Below are positions 14,322 to 26,248 of a stretch of 64,000 nucleotides of DNA, piece by piece. Origin of the DNA: Eledone cirrhosa (taxonomy: Eukaryota). Position numbers and translations under genes: made by a program. The notes under the pieces are model-generated. The model made no database searches. It was given only the letters and a program-made list of their open reading frames with translations, and was not told the DNA's origin. Location: contig OZ024740.1 in the NCBI GenBank assembly GCA_964016885.1, forward strand, positions 383,408,001-383,472,000, given 5' to 3'. How positions within the stretch are numbered: the first letter of the stretch is position 1; each line of letters starts with the position of its first letter.

Positions 14322-14439
<118 letters not shown>

Positions 14440-15489
14440 TTTACTTCAAGCATAATATGGTTGTCCAAGCTCTATCCAAAATTATGGAATGGAATTGAAT
14501 TAAATGATTTCGGAAATAGGAATGATAAATATACTAAATGTGGCGAAGTTATGAGGTTAAATATCAGATTATTTAGAAACTTCCAGAGAAAATCTGCGTC
14601 AGTTGTGGAGATGCACGTGTACTATTAGCAACCCTTCCAAAATTGCAGAACATCTGCCGATATTAGCATCTAAAGTATGTTATACACACAATGATATTAT
14701 TTTTGCATTTTAGTTCCAGAAAAAGTTATAATATATCTATAATGCTTGTGGACAATAACAGTGTGTAGATTACATTTATAGATAATTATTAGCCTACGCA
14801 TTTTTAGATATTATATTTATATTATAGATAATATTTAAAACAATTTGAAATAACAAAATACGAGATGATAGAGTTCATATTTTATTCCGAGTTCGGATAA
14901 CTATTGTCATTTACTCTACTATTTGTTTATTTATTTAATCATTTATTTATGAAATCTTCTGTATGAGGAAGTAATATCTTATTTTGTCGCATACAATAGA
15001 AACTATGAAATAACTAGGAAATATGTCTTATTATTCATTTTATTTTTTATTTACAGTATGATCAATGGCCAGAGCGAAGATACAGAATTCCAACCAGTCT
15101 GGTAAATATAACTAATCCATACACTTACGCGATACAGATGTTTTGCATTATCCAAGGGATGAGATGAAACGTTATGATTTTTTTGTTTTAATTTAAAAGA
15201 ACTAAATATATTTTTACATTGTTGCACAAAACATATGTAGCGTCTATATAAGCTTCAAATATACAATTATCTTAGATTGATTAATATGTTCTGAGGTTAT
15301 ATAATCGGCTTAATATGTAAATGTCATGAGAGGAAGGAAGTGGCGGATGAAATTAATTGCTGTATTTCGTTAATGGCAGCTGGAAAGGCAGGGTACAGTA
15401 CGTTGCAGTATTGGTGTTTTGGCGTAAAAAGATTATCATAAAAACTAAAGTTTATTCATTTAAAATGTCAAACAAACAAAATCAGATTC

Positions 15490-15960
15490 CTCAATATACA
15501 GAAGACATCTGAGGATCACTCGAAGAAGAATCCCGAGGAAAGTGGTCGTATGCTTTTCGTGGTCTGAAAAGAAAAAATACACCTCCTTGCAGTACTCCTA
15601 TGATTCACAAAGACCTGTGGATATTTGATAGGCTGTGTTGCCTCTGGGGCGAACACCACACTGTTCATCAGCTAGCCTAGACTCGACTACCTCCCTATCT
15701 TTCTTTGCCAGACACATATCATAGATATTACCGGAGTGGCTTAACAAGGAGACCCTTCTATAATTGAAGCATTCTCTTTTCAATGCCTTTTTGAACATTG
15801 GATTATCAATCCAGATTGCAGTTGCTTAGGTCCATTTGCAGATATCCAGGACACCCTGCACACACGAGTCAGTCAGAGAATACGCTCTATATTTATAGCT
15901 TTTAACATCTCAGGCCAAATGTCATGGTTGTCCTATTCGAGCTAGTCAGCCTTCTGGCAC
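15490..15960 (-). pseudogene. Decayed RTE-clade LINE reverse transcriptase fragment
   Basis: FKK..KRECFNYRRVSLLSHSGNIY...LADEQCGVRPRG.T.YQI followed by an EKAYD-like motif at ~15545. Confidence 0.7.
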
Positions 15961-16418
15961 TTTCTCAAAACCAGGAAATCTAGTCTCGTTTAGAGGTATT
16001 GGAGAAAGCATCGAGTCATTTGTGATTGTAAGGTACTGTTCAAGTCAAATGGTTGATATTTTGCATGACAGCTCAAGATAAATCGTTCCTCTGTCTCCGT
16101 TTCACCTAGGGAATTAAATGCGATCTACATCTATTTTGGATTATGTTTATTAGAGGTCAGAATTTTCCTGATTGTGTGCCCCTTATCTTTATTTCATTAA
16201 CGTTCCAATTTAAGATATTGAAACTACAGGTGGCAACTGGAATTGCAAGCGCATTTATGGCCAATAGATTATTCTTTAAGTTGAACTCAGACCTCAAATC
16301 AGTACATACTCTCCGGTAGCATTACTTTCTGGTTCTATATTCATACTCGCGTGTAGAATGTCTTGGCCTTCATTGATCCTTAGATATCTATAGGATTTTT
16401 CTTATTCTTGTTCATTAT

Positions 16419-16454
<36 letters not shown>

Positions 16455-16456
<2 letters not shown>

Positions 16457-16526
16457 CGGGGTCGATAAGATAAAGTACCAGTAATGCACTAGGTAATTGC
16501 TGGCCTTGTGCCTAAAGTAGAAACAA
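16455..16526 (+). mobile_element. 5'-truncated SINE inside (ATT)n
   Basis: ACGGGGTCGATAAGATAAAGTACCAG...GGCCTTGTGCCTAAAGTAGAAACA flanked on both sides by (ATT)n. Confidence 0.85.
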
Positions 16527-16568
16527 TTATTATTATTATTATTATTATTATGATTATTATTGTTATTA

Positions 16569-17986
16569 CTCCTTGAGTCTCAGTCATTGATGTTAGTTAA
16601 CTGGAAAGTTTGTTGGAATGAATAACAAGCCACTACCTGCAGCCTCAGATATTCAGGACGTATCGGAGGGTTCTTGCTGTTCCCAGCAAGCATGCCTTTT
16701 GAAGCGTTCCAAAAAGCGTTAAGGGGCCGATTTTCTTTAACCATCCCTGGAAACTTTTGGAGATAGTCCCTAGTGCGCCTATGACAATCGGGATCACTTT
16801 GACTTCATGGCAGTTCCAAATCCTTTTTACCTCCCACTTTAAGTCCTGGTATCGGTTAATTTTCTCCCTCTCCTTCTCTTGCACTCTCGTGTCGAATGGG
16901 CAGGCCACATCCACAATCAGGCACGATCTTTTTTCTTTATCCACAACCACCAGGTCAGGTCTAATGTGTTCCAGTTTCTTGTCCGTCTGTATCCTAAAAT
17001 CCTACAGCACCTTCACCTGATCGTTCTCTATCACCGCCTCTGGCTTATGCTCATACCATTTCTCAGAATGTGGTAAATTGTTTACTTTGCACAGGTGCCA
17101 GTGGATCACCCTGACCATCACATCATGTCTCCAGCCCTTATAGTGGGTCTGGGCTAGGTGTTTACACTCGGATACAATGTGAGCCACAGTCTCCTCTCTC
17201 TCTCCACAGATCCTGCACAGTGGGCTAGCCTCCTCCTTGTAAATATGGTATTTCAACCACTTCGTTTTGAGGGCCTGCTCCTGCGCAGCCATTAGCATTC
17301 CTTCTGTAGCCTTTTTAAGGTCTCCTTTTTTCAACCAGTTCCACGTCTGTGTATCTCTAAATTCAGTTTTCTCAAAGAAGGTACTATGAAGGGATTTTTC
17401 CTGAAGGCTGCATGTCTCCTCGATGTTATTTCCTCCTTGGACATCACCTGGCCTATTGTCGCCTCCTTCTGTACAGTTCTGAGCATTGGCTCCTTACTAT
17501 CAGTCACGTATTTGTGTAGGTTGTTTTTCTCCATCTGAACACAGTCCTCTATGCTGATAAGACCTCTTCCACCTTCAGATCTCCTTAAGTAGAGTCTATC
17601 GACATCACTCATCTTGTGGAACATGTTGTAGATAGTCAATAGCTTCCTAGTCTTCCTATCCATTTCTTTTTGTTCAGCAACATTCCATCTCAGAATTCCC
17701 ACACTGTACCTAATAATAGACACAGCTCGGGAATTTACTGCACGTATGGCATTCCTACTGTTCAGATGTGACTTTAATAAGCTCCTTAGTCTCCGAATGT
17801 ATTCAGATCTTATCAATTCCTTCATTTTTTTTGTTCTTGATGTCATCAGCCTCCAGAACACCCAAATACTTGTATTCTTCTTCAGTGTCAATTTCTTTTA
17901 TCATCTCACCTGTTTGTACCTGGATTCCGTTGCGTCTGCTCAATTTACCCCACTTCATCACAAGGACGCCACACTTACTAATACCA

Positions 17987-17987
<1 letters not shown>
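16569..17987 (-). mobile_element. 5'-truncated R4/Dong-type non-LTR retrotransposon (restriction-like endonuclease) inserted in (TAA)n; pseudogenised
   Basis: RT C-terminus (DRLYLRRSEGGRGL), CCHC finger CRIC..ETVAHIVSEC, RHD, RPD...IVDVACP..K..RYQDL; (TAA)n at both ends; ORF fragments 17331-17891, 17002-17334, 16645-16950. Confidence 0.88.
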
Positions 17988-18020
<33 letters not shown>

Positions 18021-18251
18021 GGCCGCACATGTGTGAAGACAGACAAGTCTGCGGGGGAAAAGGTTCGTAGCTTTAAGCTGTTTTAAAGTGTCTTTTTTTT
18101 GTATTTTCTTGTCATTAACGAAACTTAAGGTACACATCTTGATTTAAAGAGAGGGATACCTCTCAATATTCGGGCTTTAAGCCCGAATATTCAGATTTAT
18201 TTTTAAAATCTTCGAAAAAAATCGCCTCCCCACCAAAAGAAAATTATGTAA

Positions 18252-20223
18252 ATGTTCGACCTTGAAACGGTAAACAACGTTCAGGTCAAAAGTTTAAAGG
18301 CAGCCACTGCAGATTTCACCACGACTACGACGGCTACAGTCATGCCTGTCATCCACTCTACTGAATGTGAAGGCAAAACTAAAAAGCTACCATCACAACC
18401 TTCTGGCATAGCAGCAGTATCATCTGAAAACGACATCACCACCACCGCCACCACCACCACCACCACAACAACAACAACTCAGAGCAATAACGACAAAAAC
18501 ACCGACAGCTTCAATGTAAACAAGGATGGCGGTGGCAACAGCAAGAATGACAACAACAACAATAAGAGCATCAGAAACACCACATTTGCTGCAGCAGCAG
18601 CAGCAAAAACAAAACGCTTATTGAATATCGATATTGATATTAGCGATAAAGACGAACAGTTGGCTAAAGCGTGGAAGCTAATTAAACGGGAGAAGTCCTG
18701 GGCAAACCTGACCATCCCGGACGAGGCAATAGCGGCCATGCAAAGGAGGACGGTGCTCTTTCGATGTATTTCGGTGCAGACACGAAAAGTGGAACTTGTG
18801 AGCCAAGCAGAGGTAGAGGCTGCTTTGGAGTACATCGGAAGTAACATAGAGTACAAAGCAAGAGGCAAACAGTTCGGTACCATCTCGGTACTTTTCAAAT
18901 CCGAGGCCCTCGCTATTAAGCACTCGGTGATCCCCTGCAGAACAGAACGCATTATCATGCATCCGTCCTATATGGGTAAAAGGACAGTGAAGGTACGCAT
19001 TCCCAGCATCCCACCAGGAATGAACATATGGTGGCTGATGGGATGCGTAATCGAGGAGGGGACAGACACCACCCTCCTGGACATCAAAAGGACAGAGAGA
19101 GAAGACTGGTCCGGAATGGATTTGGAGATTCTTCTCCAAATGAAACCGGAGGATATAAATAACATCCCAGATTTTGCCTGCCTGCAGGACGGGACAACAA
19201 TCCAACTAATGATTGACGGAAGAAGGCCACGCTGCTTCGTTTGCGGGGAAGCCACGCATCTTCAAGCCTTCTGCCCTCAGCGCAAAAATGCAGGGGGTCG
19301 CAAACCTCCTTTGTTGCCAACGCCAGTGTCAGCACGGAAAGCTGCACCACCACCACCACCAAAAACAACATCAACAAAAACACGGACACCAACATCAAAA
19401 GCAGCCGGATCACTACCAACACCAAAACCAATCCAAGGAGAAAACGAGGAAAGCTCTCCCACTCCCCCTACGCCCCCAACTATATACATAGACGAAAAAA
19501 AAATAAACGCACACACAGACACAGAGACACTCACAGACACAGACCCTTTGTCTTCCAGCAGCGAAGATGAAGGAAAACCCAAAAGTGCAAAAAAACAGAG
19601 AAAACTCACAAAAAAAAAAGCCCCTACAAAACACAAAAACACACACAACAAAAAATACAGACACCACTAACGCAGACACTTCCCCAATAACATCAGCACC
19701 ATCAGCAACATCGACACCACCTCCACAATCCCCGAAACGCAAACAACCTAAACAAACACAAGTACAAATAAACACACAAATACCTGAAATTGCAGACACC
19801 ACACCTACAACAAACATAGACATACCCGAAACAACACCACCAAAACCATCGCCACCACCTTCACCAAAACGAAAACAAATAAAACCACACCAACAAAATG
19901 TTAAAAACTTCGTGCTTGTCAGAAGGGCCAACGATAAACTGATGGCCCTCTTAGCGCGAAGCGAGGACATTCAAACAGAGGGGGAGATTTTTGAAATGAG
20001 CACATTTTGCGTGCCCGAAGATTTGCTTCTGGTCCGAGTGTCACTCAATTCCTTCAAAGAAATTCGAGAGAGCTTTCCTCAAGACGTGGGAAACCCGAAT
20101 GTGAAACCCACATCAAGACTTTTAAAGGGGTTCCCAAAAGAAACTCCACCAACCATGGAGGTCGAACCACCCGACCTTCATAAGACCCGGGAGGTAAGTA
20201 AACCTTCCCTCTCTCTCTCTTAG
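18252..20223 (+). pseudogene. Tx1 copy A ORF1 (gag-like, zinc knuckle CFVCGEATHLQAFC); frameshift near the A-run at ~19610
   Basis: ORFs 18252-19670 and 19567-20223; homologous to ORF1 of copies B and C. Confidence 0.8.
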
Positions 20224-20232
20224 CTTACCAAT

Positions 20233-23200
20233 ATGGCCATATTAAGAGTAGGAAGTTTAAATGTTCGCGGCCTGGGGTCACTCTGGAAGCAGGGTCGCCT
20301 GCTCAACGACCTCCGGTCGCTGGAAATGGATGTAATTGCCGTAAGCGAGACCAGAATTTCCGACACGCGTGCACTAGCCCCCATTTTCGACGACTATCAG
20401 ATCTTCGCATCAGTTAGCAGGCCGGAAATGGGGGGTGGGGTGGCAGTGCTGTTTAGGAAAGGACTGGATCTCGAGGTAAGGTCGATCTTCCGGGACCCGG
20501 ACGGTAAGTTGGTGGTCTTGGATGTGAGCAGTGGCGAAGGTGGTGCCTTTAGACTGCTGGCCGCCTACGCCCCTACAGGGGCCGGACGACCTGTCTTCTT
20601 TAGGCGCCTGGAGACCTTTCTGGGTACGTCTGGAATGGCATCTTAGACGCACGCTGGGATTGTGTGGGAGTAGCCGATAGGAACGGGGGGTGCAAAAGCC
20701 TCAAGCACCTACTCAGCCAGTTCCAACTGTCTGACAGGTATCGACTAGATTTCCCCAATGTGCCAGTATGGACATGGACCAACCGAATGGGGTCATCTAG
20801 ATCGTATATAGACAGAATCTTCATTAGGAAAATAGATAGAAATAGTGTGGGCTGTCCACTTTTTAAAACAGTCACCTATTCAGATCACACATTTGTGATC
20901 TGTACGGTCGACCTAAATAAAACGCGTAGGTTAGGACCGGGTTACTGGAAGCTGAACATGTCATTTCCGGCACGTAAGGCTTACAGGGATCGAGTCAATA
21001 AGTTAGTTGAGCAAAAGTTGACAGGGGGGATCATCAACAACAGATGGTGAGGGGCTCTCAAAAGAGAGATTAGAGTAACTTCGATAGAGTTCAGCAATAA
21101 ACTAGCGTTAGAGAAAAATAGAAAGGAGGGGGAGCTGGTAGATAAGTTAGACGAGGCTATTTGTAGTGGCAACGCAACTGACGTGCTAGCGGCGAGAATG
21201 GGATTAGACCATTTCTTCAATGCCAAACACAAAGGTTGCATTGTCAGAGCTAAGGCGCGTGCGCTGAGAAACGAGGGAACTAAAGTTGTTCGATGGGCCC
21301 GCGTGGCGGAGGCGCAGCGTGGTAATAAAACCACAATTCGGTCTTTGGCGGACCGAGACGGACACGAGATAAGCGATTCCAAGCGGATGTGTGAGGCCTT
21401 TCGCAAGCACTTTGCTCGGTTGTTCGGGGAGAGTGGCGAGTCAGAAAGAGTAGCGGATTTCAGTCCCTACCTTGACGGCTTGCCGCGCATCTCGACGGTC
21501 GACGCTGAGCGCTGCGAAAGGCCGATTACTTCAGCCGAAATTCAGGACGCCCTTGTCGGCTGCATGAGGCGCAAGTCACCCGGCTTGGATGGCCTGCCCT
21601 ACGAGCTTTACGTAAATATGCCAGACTTGTTCTCCGAACTCCTCGAAGCACTCTACTGTAACTGGCAGCAGAATGGGAGTATTCCCAGTTCTGTGTGCAG
21701 GGGAGTGGTGACGCTGATAAGGAAAGACGAGAACAAGAGGGATACATTAGACAACTTCAGGCCCATAACTCTGCTCAACAAGAGTTTAAGATTTTGGCCA
21801 AGGTGTTAGCAAAGAGATTGGCGCTTGTCGTCGAGGATTTGGTTGGGGAGGCGCAAACTTGCGCAATCCCAGCCAGGTCCATACACGACAACCTCCGCCT
21901 CATGCGATACATCATAGAGAGGGTAGGTTGTAAACCTGGCTTCGGTGGGGAACTGATCAATTTAGATCAATCGAAAGCATTCGATAGGGTCGACCATCGG
22001 TATCTGGAGTTTGTCCTCAAAGCAGCTGGCTTCGGCCCAGTCTTTAGAAGCTGGATCGTTGCAATGCACAGCGGCACACGCTCGGTGGTCAAGGTTAATG
22101 GCGACCTCTCGGAACCATTTCGGCTCTCCCGATCGGTCCGTCAAGGGTGCGCTCTCTATTCCCTTCTGTACGTATTGACTCTCGAGCCTTTACTGCGAAG
22201 CTGGAGCTGTTGCAGGGCATCCCGCTCGAACCGGGACGTGGAAAGGCGGTGTCGGCTTATGCGGACGACATCACCGTGATGGTGTCGAACACCTCAGAAA
22301 TCGAGGTGGTCGGCACCTTATTGAAGGAATATGAAAGGTTGACAGGAGCCAAACTTAACCCGGAAAAGTCGGTGGGCTTGCCTGGAGAGGCAAGCCCATG
22401 CCGTCCAACAGCGTCGTGGGGCACTGGACAGACGGACCAGTAAAGTTGCTCGGGGTTTGGTTCGGACCAGGCCTCCAGGTGGAAAAGAATTGGGACGAGG
22501 TAACGAGCAGAGTAGCCAGTCTCACCCAAAAATGGGCTGGGAGGAAGCTATCACTGAAAGGTCGCGCGGAGGTGGCGAATGCGTACATCGCGTCCATCAT
22601 CTATTACCGCCTAACCGTCGTGCCTTGCCCCCGTCCGCGCCTCGTCAAGTTGGAACGGCTCCTCTTCAAATTCTTGTGGAGGGGACAAGTTCCGTTGGTG
22701 AGGCGGTCCATCTGCTGCCAGCACCCTCTACGCGGAGGGCTGGGCATGCCGTGGCTAATGATGCGCAGACATGCGTTGAGGCTGCGACATCTCCAGATAT
22801 TCTGCCTCGATGGTGAACAGGTGTGGTCGCCGTTTATCAGACGGGCCTTTCCGCAGCTCATTTCTTTGACTGAGCTGCAGTCCTGGGTCAAGAAGAGACC
22901 GAGACTGGGTGACTGGCACCTGGAATGTTGCCAGGCACTCACTGCCCTCTACCAAGCGGGCAATGCGATCAGTGGAACTTCCACTCTCGAGTTCTATAGA
23001 GGACTAGTGGTGGGCAAGTGCGATGACGCACTCGGAGAAGCTTTGGGCCTCGACGAAGTCGAACTGACCAGTCTGTACCGGAGGACTTTTGAGCCGGGGA
23101 CGATGGACAATTTCCAGAAATCCCTCGCTTGGCAGTGCTACCGGGGGGCACTGCCGGTTCGGGATAAACTCTACAGGCACGGAAGTGCTATCAGACGGAC

Positions 23201-23618
23201 CTGCCCAAGATGCGCACAGAACGACGAAACCGTTCTGCACGCACTTGTCCAATGTCCGTGCATTACTGACTTGTGGAGTTATGTCGAACAGATACTGTCG
23301 CGTGTGGAACGAATCCAGTTATCGGCCGAGTCCATAGTGAAGATCGAGCCGCCACCTTCCTTAGGTCAGGAAGAGCAGGACATTTTCCTCTGTCTGGTGG
23401 CAGTTGCGAAAGAGATTATATGGTGGACCAGGTTGAAAGGACTAAAGACAGACACTTTTCTCTTCGGCCAATCCCTCATCAACTTCTTCAAGTTTCACCT
23501 GGAAAGGAGGGTGAGGGTGGAGAGAGAAGTGCAGCCCCCCAGTACATTTCCTAAAAGGTGGGTGAATGTGGCGAGAATGGCTCGTGTGAATGGGCCTACT
23601 CTGACCATGCGCCTATAG
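20233..23618 (+). pseudogene. Tx1 copy A ORF2 (APE endonuclease, RT, CCHC), fragmented
   Basis: SLNVRGL, SET, SDH, PGYWKLN, KSPGLDGLP, DQSKAFDRVDH, VRQG, YADD, CPRC..ETVLHALVQC spread over ORFs 20233-20646, 20664-21050, 21183-21809, 21695-22279, 22147-22443, 22398-23618. Confidence 0.9.
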
Positions 23619-24115
23619 GCTAGATAACTTGAGGAGAGAGGTGCTCTCCTGTGTGCCCTAGAAGCGCAGGGTGGTTCAGGATTGGTGGGGTACCCGAATC
23701 ACCCCAGGGTCGTCCACCCCCTATCGGGGAATTTATTTTGTTATATTTTGCATAGTTTATTTTATATTTTATATTTTCATTGTTAAGTTAGTCTTGCCAT
23801 TGTGCACTTTTACTCGACACCACTGTCCCTGTCTCTGTATTGTCCCCTACATGTCGGCCCTTGTGGCTAATAAATGAAATCATTATTATTATTATTATTG
23901 AATGCCATGGTTGACGGAGGCTCGGCTCTGTAAGGTATAGTAATTTTTAACCGTTAAAACAATTGTAAATTGTTTAAAACTTGAACCAAATTGTTGATAA
24001 AGACACCCTCCTCCTCGTGAGAGGGGTCTTTCTGTCCGTTATTTGGCCCTTCGGGGTTAAATAACCAGTTATTGGGGTTTTGTACCCAAAATTTCATTTT
24101 AAACAAAAAAACAAC

Positions 24116-26213
24116 ATGGCTACGAAAAAGAAATTTCATACGTCACTCCCACTCATTCCGTCTTCTTCTTCCTCAATCATCACTACAGCAGAGAGAAGAT
24201 TGTCTCTCTCCCTCCCTTCTTTAAATGTGTCTCTCTCCCTCCCTTCTCTTTCGCAAGTGACGAAAGAAAAGAAAAGTCTCGTGCAAAGCGTGCAAGGTTT
24301 CTCCACGACGACGACGACAGCGACGAAACAGGTGTGCGGGAAATACGAAAACCCAGTTCATTCGTCTGACGTCAGGAATAATAGCAGTAGCAGCCGTAAT
24401 AACAACAGCAACAGTGACAATGAAAACAACAGTAGCAGCCGCAACAGCATCACCAGCAGCATAAACAACAACAGCATTAGCAGCAGCAACACCAACAACA
24501 ACCACAGCAACAGCGGCGGAGGCAGTAGTCGTAGTACCTGCAGCAACAACAAAAGTACCAGCAGCTCTGACGACAACAACAACAGCAGAGAAAAACCAAT
24601 CTCATTTGCAGGTATTGCGAAAAACTTGGAAACAATCCTCATAACAAATGAGGAATTAGAGGAAGCTTAGAAGATGGTGACAAAGAACGGACACCGAGCA
24701 ATCTGCAAGGCAGCGGAAACATTTTTCGAAACCCAAGAGCACTGTACGGTCACGTACCGTACAGTAAGTACAAAATCCCGTAGGGTGGAAAGAGCCACAG
24801 AGGCCCAAATACGAAAAGCCTTGGGGGTCTGTGTGGCAGCGGAAAACGCACATCACCCGAGGCAAAAAATATGCCACCGTAGACGTACTTTTTTCCACAC
24901 CCCAGGAGGCAAAGGCCCAATCAGTAGTGACCCTAAGGAGCGAGGAAATGGTGTTGGTGCCCTCCTACTGCGGGCAAAAAATTGTGAGGGTCAAACTGAC
25001 CCACGTCCCCCCCGGAATGACCCCTTCTTGGCTGGCCGCGTCTGTCCTCGTCGGAATCGAGGACAAAACAACTGTACTGCAAGTACAGAAAAAAGTAAGA
25101 GAAGATTGGGTCGGCTCCTCCATTGAGATGCTAATCCAAACCAACCAGGAGTGCATCGAAGCTATCCCGGATGTGATAGACTTCGATAACGGCACTCAAC
25201 TACCCATAAGTGTTGAGGGCAAACGCCCGAAATGCTTTCGCTGTGGATCGAAGACTCACCTCAGGGCCTTCTGCAACGAGAAGACCCTGAGAAAGGAGAA
25301 AACCCCCCTCCTTCCGAATCCGGCTCCACGGCTACCAGCAACTGGACAAGCGGCAACCAGGAACGATAGGCTCGTGGCACCCATACCCACTCCACGGAAA
25401 TCAAAAACAGCAGCAGCAGTGGAAATATTAACAACAACAACAGCAATACCAAATGCAGCTGCAACAGAGACTCCAGTGCAAACATCACCAACAACAACAA
25501 GTGAAAGAGTGGATCTGGTACCCCTCCCCGACCTCACAGAATCAGACATGGAGTGTGAGGTGGGAGAGGGATGGCAAAAGGTCGTAAGAAGGCACAAACG
25601 CAGAAGCAGCGCATCGTCGCCTTTGAAAAGGGAGGAAAGAAATGAGAAAAGGGTAAAGTCTACTGCAAAGAGACCCACAGCAGCAACAACACCAACACCA
25701 TCACCACCCACACTAGCACCACCATCACCACCGGCGACAACCCCACCGCCAACAACACCTTCAACACCACCACCACAAGCACCAACATCGCAAACACAAC
25801 AACAAAACACACACACCCAGCAACAACGACAAGAAAATAGCAGAACCACACCCCACCCCCAGAAAAACAAATGCACAGCAATAAATACACACAACAAGAA
25901 ACTAATGACTTACATAATTGAACACACAGACATTTCACAACAGGACTACATAATACCAGCACCAATCAAAATGCCAACTAACATAAGACTGCTAAAAATA
26001 GCACAGAAACAATACACAAACATTAAAACGAAATTCCCCAACGCAGTTGGTGATTTCAGGGACCTAGGAGGAACCATCAATCGAAGAGTATACTCAGACA
26101 TTCTCTTAGAAGAGCCGACGACCAGCCGAAGGGACGATTCAACGGTCCCTTCACCAGACGATCAAGTGAAAAGGGATGTAAAAACCATCCCTCCTCTACC
26201 AAAAGTACGGTAA
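24116..26213 (+). pseudogene. Tx1 copy B ORF1 (stop at 24668, frameshift at ~24830; knuckle CFRCGSKTHLRAFC)
   Basis: ORF track 24080-24670, 24674-25126, 24831-26213. Confidence 0.8.
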
Positions 26214-26248
26214 GTGGTCTTTCCCATCTTTTCCACTCTATTTTAAAC

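Larger units (their letters stand above)
18021..23881 (+). mobile_element. Full-length Tx1/L1-clade non-LTR retrotransposon copy A (inactivated)
   Basis: 5' end abuts (ATT)n; ORF1 with CCHC knuckle; ORF2 APE-RT-Zn finger with deletions and frameshifts; AATAAA 23869-74 then (ATT)n. Confidence 0.92.

Noticed and set aside
20194-20223. 30-nt GTAAGT...TAG intron fusing ORF1 and ORF2 of copy A
   Set aside because: In frame but too short for ordinary spliceosomal splicing; only the donor conservation is reported
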